A stretch of 64,000 bases of DNA from Planctomycetota bacterium. GTDB taxonomy: Bacteria; Planctomycetota; JAJSAM01; JAJVHW01. Below the pieces are notes generated by a model that had not been told where the DNA came from, made no database searches, and saw nothing but the letters and a program-made list of their open reading frames with translations. The translations under genes were made by a program, and so were the position numbers. Below, piece by piece: positions 57,136 to 64,000 of this stretch. Within the stretch, counting starts at the first letter, position 1; each line of letters opens with the position of its first letter. The stretch is taken from contig CBDFJG010000004.1 in the NCBI GenBank assembly GCA_965248445.1, forward strand, positions 1,792,001-1,856,000, written 5' to 3'.

Positions 57136-58584
57136 CTAGAAGTCGATTGCGAAGCGCATCCCGAGGAGGTCGTAGTCGCCGAGATCGTCGACCTGACCCT
57201 TCGTGACGTTCAGCAGAACGCGCGTGTGCGGATTGAGGTACCAGGCCACACCCACCGTCCACTGGTCGATGTCGGGAGCCGCTCCGGCTCCACCGCTCGG
57301 GTTCCACTCGTCGTACCGCAACGCAACCTGGACCGCGCCGGTGCCGCCCCCGTCGCCGTAGTTCTTCTTCGGCGCCGTGCGTCCCCAGACGTTGTTCTTG
57401 CGGTCGTAGACGCGGCTCTCACCCGTGACGTAGTAGCCGAACGTCGCGTGCCATGCCTCGACCGTGGCGTCGCTCGGGCCGCCGTCGACATCGAAGTTCG
57501 CGCGGGCGAACTCGGTGTCCATGAAGAACGGGCCGTTCACGTACGCGGCTTCGACGTTGTAGAGCGTGCCGTCGTCGGACTCGACCCCGGGCGTCGGGCC
57601 CCGCGGCGTCCCTGTGGCACCGATCGTGCTGAAGCTGCCCGACGAGAGACGCTGGTTGCCGTGCGTGCCGAACGTGATGCTCTCGTCCGAGGGGTTGCGC
57701 AGGCTTCCGCCGACACCGAGGTGCACGAGGTGGTTGTCGTCGTCCGGGTTCTCCCAGGCAACGCCGGCGACGCGAGCGGTGTGGTTCCACTCGCCCTGGC
57801 TCGTGTTGCCACGATCGTCGCCGTACGAGTCGGAGTCGCGGAACGAACCGATGGCCCAGTTCCAGTTGCCGTCGAATGTGTTGCGCAGGCTGATGCCTGT
57901 GCTGCGATCCGGTAGGAGGTCGACGTCCATCCCGCGTTCCATGAACGTGATGAGGTTGTCGCTCGTGAGGTTCGTCATGCCGATCGGCTCGTAGTGGTGA
58001 CCGACGGTGAAGAACCCGATGCAGGGATGGTCGAGCGTCATGTAGACGTCCGTGAAGTCCGCGTCGCCGCCGGCGAAGTCGTACTCCGCCTTGAACCCCA
58101 CGTTGCCGTAGATCGTCCCGGCCATGAACAGGCGGGCACGGCGGAAGTAGGCGCCCGTGTCGAACTTCTCCTGGGTGACGGGCGGCGTGTCCTGCGCGCC
58201 CATGAAGCGCTCGATGGCGTTGTCCACGTCACCGCGGACGAAGTCGAGCTGCGTACGACCGCCGATCTTGAACTTGAAGTCGCCGTCTGCGGAGTCGGCT
58301 CGGAGGCCGCCCTTCCAGTACGTCGACATGCCGGTGTCGCCGGCGCTCAGGACGCGTTCCAGCTCGGCGATGCGCGAGACCAGCTCGCTCGATGCGCCGA
58401 CCTGAGACTTGGCTGTCAGCCGTTCGACCTGTGCCTCGAGTTCGAGCAGACGCTGCTCGAGCTGCGCCTCACGCTCGCTCGTTTCGTTCGCCAGGGCCGT
58501 CGAGCTGGTGAGGCAGAGCGCGAGGGCGCCCGCCGCGATTCCGCAAATCGCATGCGCTCTGAACCGCTTCGTTGTGGTGGTCAC
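57136..58584 (-). CDS. OprO/OprP-family phosphate-selective porin
   Basis: Signal peptide and coiled coil, KIGGRTQLD, FRRARL, ITFMER, YVTGESR.Y, WYLNPHTR, C-terminal F. Confidence 0.88.
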   Translation of the reverse strand: MTTTTKRFRAHAICGIAAGALALCLTSSTALANETSEREAQLEQRLLELEAQVERLTAKSQVGASSELVSRIAELERVLSAGDTGMSTYWKGGLRADSADGDFKFKIGGRTQLDFVRGDVDNAIERFMGAQDTPPVTQEKFDTGAYFRRARLFMAGTIYGNVGFKAEYDFAGGDADFTDVYMTLDHPCIGFFTVGHHYEPIGMTNLTSDNLITFMERGMDVDLLPDRSTGISLRNTFDGNWNWAIGSFRDSDSYGDDRGNTSQGEWNHTARVAGVAWENPDDDNHLVHLGVGGSLRNPSDESITFGTHGNQRLSSGSFSTIGATGTPRGPTPGVESDDGTLYNVEAAYVNGPFFMDTEFARANFDVDGGPSDATVEAWHATFGYYVTGESRVYDRKNNVWGRTAPKKNYGDGGGTGAVQVALRYDEWNPSGGAGAAPDIDQWTVGVAWYLNPHTRVLLNVTKGQVDDLGDYDLLGMRFAIDF

Positions 58585-58621
58585 TGCGTTCCTCCCAAGT
58601 GGCGCGCACCCTCGCCGTCTC

Positions 58622-59775
58622 GTAACCGTTCACCCCTTGACAGCGTGTGAGCCTCAGCGTGCGAGGGGCAGCGGGACCATGACGGGCGGGTCGGCGCCGG
58701 TGAGGTGCGCGGCGACCGAGTCGGCGAGGAAGTCGAAGACTTGGTCGCCACGGCGTCGCAGCGTGGCCGCGGCGGTCAACACGCGCTCGGCGAAGCGGAG
58801 TCCGCGAGCGGACTGGCTTCCGAAGGAGCCCTTGCGCCAGAGCACCGCTTTGCGGACCGCGCGCTCGGCGGCGTTGTTCGTCGGACTCACGTCCTGGGTC
58901 CGCGCATAGGTGAAGAGGGCGACCACGCGGGGGCGCAGATGGTTGGCCAGAGCCGAGTCGTCGTTCGCGATCAGTCGCTCGAGCCGTCCGCGCAGCACAG
59001 CGGCTTCGCCTTGCAGCCGGTCACGGTCGCCGTGCTCACCGAAGAGCCGGTAGCTGCGCATGACCGACTGCGCGATCATGACGCCCTTGTTGCCGAAGCG
59101 GCGATGTCCTCGCGGGCCTTCGGCCAGCGCACGGAAGGCGCGCTCGATGTGCGCCCAGCAGAGCTGGCGGCGGGCAAGTGGGTGTGACTCGTAGGCACCC
59201 ATCCGGTCGCTGATCACCGTGCCACCGAAGCGCCGCCCGATCAGCCGCCCTTTCGCCTTGGCACTGCGGCGGCGATCGATCCCGAAGGCTGTGGCGTGCT
59301 CGCTCTCCGCCGCCCACAGCCAGCACACCCGGCCCCGTTCCTTCCACGACGTCTCGTCCACGTTGGCTCGCAGCGACGTGCGGACTGCCCCGAGGGCTTC
59401 GAGGTACGACGAGTGCAGAGCGTCACTGAGCCGACGCTCACAGTCGCTGATCTTGCCCAGCGACATCTTCACACCGAAGATCTCACCGAGCAGCCGCTGC
59501 GTCTCCCGCACGCTCACGCGGTACACGCCGCGCAGCGCGCCGGCAAGTGTGGTCAGCCGCGGACCGAAGGCCCCGGTCGGCACGCCATCGGGCAGGACCG
59601 CCGTCGTGACCGCACGACAGCGCCGGCACCGCGCCTTGTGCAGCCGGTGCTCCCGCACCGTGACGAGCACGCGCGGGAGCACCGTCACCTGGTGCCGGTA
59701 CGGATCGCCGATGCCCTGCTCGAGATCGTCGTGTCCGCACGCGTCGCAGAGGTCGGGACGGTGGTCCTTGGTGAG
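58622..59775 (-). mobile_element. IS66-family (single-ORF type) element, 5'-truncated
   Basis: Terminal GTAACCGTTCAC at 58622. No matching other end was found. Confidence 0.75.
58654..59775 (-). pseudogene. IS66 transposase lacking its N-terminus
   Basis: CDACG...CRRC zinc finger, NVDETSW, SDR..AY, QLCWAHI.R, TNNAAERAVR..V.WRK.SFG.QS. In-frame stop near 59812. Confidence 0.85.
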
Positions 59776-59862
59776 GCGCGAGCACTCTCTGCGAGCCTCC
59801 CGTCTCCTACTCTAGGAATCGGCCGGGACGGGGTTGTTCAACACGCTGCTAGAGACTAGTGT

Positions 59863-60492
59863 TCACCGCGGCGCGGCTGGAAGCGCACGAGGTTTCGCAT
59901 GCCGGACCAACAACGCCTCGATCAGCCGACCGTTGTTGAATTGCAGCCGGTATTCGCTTGAGATCGACTTGCCTTCGACGTTCCAGTAGGTCCACCACTC
60001 GGACGTGCCGCGGGCGGCAACTTCGTCCGGCGTGCCAAAGGCGTCCAGTGACATGATCTCGGATGCGAATAGCCACCGCGACCGGAGATCCGCGTTCGTC
60101 TTCCACTCGGCGAGCGGTTCGAGGGCAGATACGCTCTTGGACGACATCGGCTCCGTGTCGTCGCGCGACACATGAGATGTCGTCACGCGGCTGGGTTCTC
60201 CCAACGCCGTCGGACGTCCCGTTCGGTGCCTCGCGGCGTCCGCGAGCGTCCTGGCGTTCAGCGTCTCACGAATATCACGGCGCGTTGCCGCCAAGCCTCG
60301 CTCGAGCACGCCCTCGACACGTTCAAGATGGGCGCGAGTCATGCGCATCTCCTGAGTGATTGCTCGGAGCGCGTCCGTGTCTCTGTCGGGCAGCGAGTCC
60401 AACGCCTCGCCCGTGAAGACGAGCGTGAGTACGACGCCCGCGAGCAGACAGACAGTGCCGGCTGCGGCAATCGGCAGTACGGTCTTTCCCAT
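59863..60492 (-). CDS. membrane-anchored hypothetical protein
   Basis: ATG after GGGGGAG, N-terminal TM, coiled coil, FGTPDEV...W.Y...LQFNNGRL. Confidence 0.6.
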   Translation of the reverse strand: MGKTVLPIAAAGTVCLLAGVVLTLVFTGEALDSLPDRDTDALRAITQEMRMTRAHLERVEGVLERGLAATRRDIRETLNARTLADAARHRTGRPTALGEPSRVTTSHVSRDDTEPMSSKSVSALEPLAEWKTNADLRSRWLFASEIMSLDAFGTPDEVAARGTSEWWTYWNVEGKSISSEYRLQFNNGRLIEALLVRHAKPRALPAAPR

Positions 60493-60662
60493 GGTCTCCC
60501 CCTCGCCGTGTGTGGCCCTTACTGTGACCGGAGCGGGGCGGCCTCGGGTTGATAGGCGGTCCAGTGACTGCTCCATCGTCTGAACCTGGACTCCGGAAAC
60601 GATGTCCCCCGCCTCACCGAGGTTATCGCGGCGCCGGTCGCGCCGAGCAGATTCCGACCTAG

Positions 60663-62331
60663 CCCGAATCGTTCACCAGCCGGGAATCTGAGCGGGCCGT
60701 CGTCTGTCTAAGTGCTCGTACTCGCTAGTACTTGCACCGACAGGAGCGCCGGCCCGATGACGACAGACTGTAGCCCGCAGGGGACCCTCTTCGCGGGCAT
60801 CTGTGGACGCACCGCGGTGACGCGCTTCGACGCCGGTACCGTGACGAGCGACGGGGGCGTGCTGCTGCTCGAGCGGACCGATCGTCGCATCGATCTGCTC
60901 TCGCGGTTTGCGCGCTGCTTCGGGGACCACCGGGACCCGCGTCGGGTCGAGCACACGGTCGGCCAGATGCTGCGTCAGCGGGTCTTCGGGCTGTGCGCGG
61001 GCTACGAGGATCTGGTGGACCACGACCATGTCGGCAAGGACCCGCTGTTTGCCGCGGCGTGCGGCAAGCGCGAGGGTGCTCTGGCCACGCACCCGACGCT
61101 CTCGCGGCTCGAGACCACGCAGCTCGGCGCCACGGCACAGACGCGCTACGCCAAGATCGAGATGGACCAGGAGCGCGTGGACAGCGTGCTCAGCGACGTC
61201 TTCTGCGAGGCCATGGGGCCGGAGGATCCGGGCCTGCTCGTGCTGGACCTGGACCACTCCGACGTGCGGCTGCACGGCCGGCAGGAGGGCCGCTTCTTCC
61301 ACGGCTACTACGGGCACTACTGCTACCTGCCGCTGTACGTCTTCTGCGGCGAGCACCTCTTGCTCGCTCGGCTCCAGACCGCTGACAGAGATCCCGCGCG
61401 CGGAGTCGTGGACGAGCTCCGTGCGCTGGTCTTACGTCTGCGGCGCCGCTGGCCCCGGGCCAAGGTGCTCGTGCGCGCAGACTCGGGCTTTTGCCGCGAG
61501 GAGCTGATGGCCTGGTGCGAGGCCGCCGGCCACTTCTACCTGCTGGGCATGGCGCGCAATGAGCGCCTTGAGCGACACGTCGAAGACGCGCTCGATGAGG
61601 CCGCAGCCCGTGCCGTGCAGACCGGCCGAGCAGCCCGGGTCTTTCGCGACTTTGCCTGGACCACGCTGGGGAGCTGGAGCCAGAGGCGTCGCGTGGTCGC
61701 CAAGGCCGAGCACCTGCCGGGCGGCAAGCGCAATCCCCGCTTCGTGGTGACCAATCTGCCGCCTCGTAGCTGGAGCAGCAAGCGTCTCTACGAGCAGCTC
61801 TACTGCGCCCGGGGCGAGGCGGAGAATCGCATCAAGGAGCAGCAGCTCGAGCTCTTCGGCACCCGTCTGTCGGTGCACACGATGCAGGGCAACGCCGTGC
61901 GGATGGCCATGTCGGCCATGGCCTACGTCCTGACCTGTGCGCTGCGACGCATCGGTCTCGCCGGCACCGAGATGGCGCGTGCGCAAGCCGGCACGATCCG
62001 CCTGCGGCTGCTCAAGATCGGCGCGCTCGTGCGGATCACGACGCGCCGGATCTGGGTCTCGATGTCCTCGTCGTGGCCCTGGCAGCACGTCTTCGAGCGC
62101 TGCGCGCAACGACTGCTGGCATCCCCGAAGCCGACCTGACGTCCCGCCGCGCCGTCCGCCACACCACCGCCCGGCCTACGGTCTGCCCACACCGCAGAAT
62201 CCGCGCCGTTTCGGCCGCTCACTCGCGTTGCCCTTGTGGCAACGACGACAGCATCCGCCCTCGCCTGGCCAAGATCTGACCCTGTGGACTCCGAAAGCAC
62301 CGTCATCGCGACGTCTCGTGAACAGATGCGG
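60663..62331 (+). mobile_element. IS1380-family insertion sequence, copy 2, with CTAG TSD
   Basis: CTAG at 60659..60662 and 62332..62335. Same IRs as copy 1. Confidence 0.92.
60757..62139 (+). CDS. IS1380-family DDE transposase
   Basis: Matches the copy 1 protein except ERTD for ERVD. Confidence 0.95.
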   Translation: MTTDCSPQGTLFAGICGRTAVTRFDAGTVTSDGGVLLLERTDRRIDLLSRFARCFGDHRDPRRVEHTVGQMLRQRVFGLCAGYEDLVDHDHVGKDPLFAAACGKREGALATHPTLSRLETTQLGATAQTRYAKIEMDQERVDSVLSDVFCEAMGPEDPGLLVLDLDHSDVRLHGRQEGRFFHGYYGHYCYLPLYVFCGEHLLLARLQTADRDPARGVVDELRALVLRLRRRWPRAKVLVRADSGFCREELMAWCEAAGHFYLLGMARNERLERHVEDALDEAAARAVQTGRAARVFRDFAWTTLGSWSQRRRVVAKAEHLPGGKRNPRFVVTNLPPRSWSSKRLYEQLYCARGEAENRIKEQQLELFGTRLSVHTMQGNAVRMAMSAMAYVLTCALRRIGLAGTEMARAQAGTIRLRLLKIGALVRITTRRIWVSMSSSWPWQHVFERCAQRLLASPKPT

Positions 62332-62345
62332 CTAGAGCTTCTTCT

Positions 62346-62645
62346 TCAGCGGCAGGCCGCGACCCTTCGACCCTTGCGGATCGCATTCACGCGCTTGAGC
62401 TTCTGAGCCGGTGTGAGGCCCGCCCACGGGTTCTTGCGCTTCTTGCCCGACTTCGTGAGCTTGCTCGTCTTCGCGGTCGCTCCGCGGCCACGCCTCTTGC
62501 TCGGGCGGGGCTTGCCGTCCATGAGCCCACGGAGGTCTGCAAGGGCGCCTTCGCGTCCCTCGGCTCTTGCTGTTTCGATCAGCGTCCCAAGTCGGCTGGT
62601 CAAGTCGTTGAGGAGCGAATCAGTGTTGTTCGCGATACGAGGCAT
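62346..62645 (-). CDS. small basic putative DNA-binding protein, C-terminus altered by an 8-bp duplication
   Basis: GGAG RBS, helical N-terminus, K/R-rich linker, KNPWAGLTPAQKLKRVNAIRKGR. Confidence 0.65.
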   Translation of the reverse strand: MPRIANNTDSLLNDLTSRLGTLIETARAEGREGALADLRGLMDGKPRPSKRRGRGATAKTSKLTKSGKKRKNPWAGLTPAQKLKRVNAIRKGRRVAACR

Positions 62646-63057
62646 CTCGTTCTCCAGGATGTGATGCGCTTGACGCGCTGCCCCCACCAGCATGGTGTAC
62701 CGCCAGCGCGCACCGCCCGTCGAGGTAGACAGGTAGACTTGGTGAGACGGGGGAGATCGGTTCCGGAAGTCCAGGCTCAGACGACGGAGCAGTCATTGCA
62801 CTGCCATCAACCGAGGCCACCCCCGTCACCGCGTCACCGTGCGTCGCCCGGCGACGCGGCCGAATGAATCGCGTCTCGCGTTCGTCCAATCTCCCGGATG
62901 TCCGCAACAAGTCCACCGGCTGCTCGGCCTGCACGTTCTGAGCGGCACGCGTCGGTCGCGTCCCACTCGACGAGCCGCAAGGAGCTCGCTGACTGCGCGG
63001 AGCCGCGCAAGCCGAGGCGGTGGACGCTCAGCGCCATCGCTGGCAATGCAGCGCGCG

Positions 63058-63353
63058 TGATCGCCGTGGTCTGTTGCGCGCTCAGCGCACTGTCGGCGCT
63101 CGAATGGGTGCGCTACCTCTCTGTGAACGGGTTCTATGAAGACGCGTGGTACGCCAGAGTCGGCGAGGTCGCCTGGAGCTTCAGCTGGCCGTCTCTCTTG
63201 CTCCTGTTCGGCCTCTACGTCCTCAGCCGGCGACGACCGCTGACCGAGAGGCCGACGAGCGCCGACGTGGTGAGCGAGGGAGGCGCTGTGCATCCCAGGG
63301 GCACGGTCGCAGGCTCTCGCGCGGCCCCGCTTACACTGTCGGAGTTCTGTTGA
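63058..63353 (+). CDS. possible small membrane protein (start uncertain)
   Basis: Two hydrophobic segments. Stop overlaps the nadB start. Confidence 0.35.
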
Positions 63354-64000
63354 ACGATCCCCCCCGCTTCCTCCGGCAGTTCGACACATCGCTGCTGCCG
63401 CAGATCTTCTGCGACGTGCTGGTGATCGGCACGGGGGTGGCCGGGCATCTCGCCGCGCTGGAAGCTGCTCGCCGTGGCGCCCGCGTGCTTGCGCTGACCA
63501 AGGCGTCGCCGCTCGAGAGCAACACGCTGTACGCGCAGGGCGGTGTCGCGGCGCCTCTCCATGTCGGCGACTCCGTCGAGAAGCACGTTGAGGACACGCT
63601 CCGGGCCGGCGACGGCCTCTGTCACGGGAAGTTCGTGCAGGGGGTTATCCAGGAGGCCTCGCAGGCCGTGGATCGACTTCGGGAAATCGGGGTCGTGTTC
63701 GACCAGGAGAACGGCGCGCTGTCCCTCAGCCGAGAAGGCGGTCACTCGGCGCGGCGTGTGGCCCGCGCGAACGGCGATGCGACCGGCCGCGAGATCCAAC
63801 GGGCACTGGCTGCTGCGCTGCTTGGCGAAGACGACATCCGCTCCGTGCCGGATGCGTTCGTCGTTGATCTGCTGACCGAGGACGGCGAGTGCCTCGGCGC
63901 ACTGGTGCACTACGCGGGGGAGTTGCGCGCGGTGTGGGCCGCATCGACGGTGCTCGCGTCCGGCGGCGCCGGTCGCCTGTTCCGCGAGAGCACGAATCCC
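63350..64000 (+). CDS. nadB: L-aspartate oxidase, partial (not in the ORF track)
   Basis: TTG after GGAG. DVLVIGTGVAG, SNTLYAQGGVAA, HVEDTLRAGDGLC, REGGHSARRV, GDATGREI, LASGGAGRLFRESTNP. Confidence 0.92.
   Translation, partial: MNDPPRFLRQFDTSLLPQIFCDVLVIGTGVAGHLAALEAARRGARVLALTKASPLESNTLYAQGGVAAPLHVGDSVEKHVEDTLRAGDGLCHGKFVQGVIQEASQAVDRLREIGVVFDQENGALSLSREGGHSARRVARANGDATGREIQRALAAALLGEDDIRSVPDAFVVDLLTEDGECLGALVHYAGELRAVWAASTVLASGGAGRLFRESTNP

Noticed and set aside
1630..62331. Composite transposon formed by the two direct IS1380 copies
   Set aside because: Copy 2 has its own CTAG TSD, the outer flanks do not match, and the interval holds housekeeping genes.

Overview
High-GC (about 70%) bacterial chromosomal window, probably Planctomycetota judging by gene repertoire and the NadB N-terminus (inference). 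Core content: ppk1/ppx, msrB, a UvrD/PcrA helicase, glutamate dehydrogenase, two PilT-family ATPases, a beta-oxidation cluster (fadD, TetR/FadR with operator, fadN, thiolase, acyl-CoA dehydrogenase, fadL), a surface-glycan operon, a DPP-IV peptidase, an OprO/P porin and partial nadB. Mobile DNA: two near-identical IS1380 copies, a truncated IS66 and several IS-end remnants at CTAG sites. Highlights: (1) a probable selenoprotein missed by the ORF track, a lipoprotein HMA domain with in-frame TGA at the GMxC position and a SECIS-like hairpin; (2) a coupled operon of a non-canonical Lgt paralog, a Tes/GDGT-MAS-like radical SAM and a membrane protein, preceded by a 20-bp-period repeat array; (3) a 6TM voltage-sensor channel with a CASTOR/POLLUX-type pore and tandem RCK domains; (4) an octaheme cytochrome paired with a His-bearing membrane protein; (5) three tandem secreted PrcB-C-like paralogs; (6) a cluster of 8-bp tandem duplications. 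Two frameshifts may be sequencing errors. All family calls come from motif recognition; no database searches were run.
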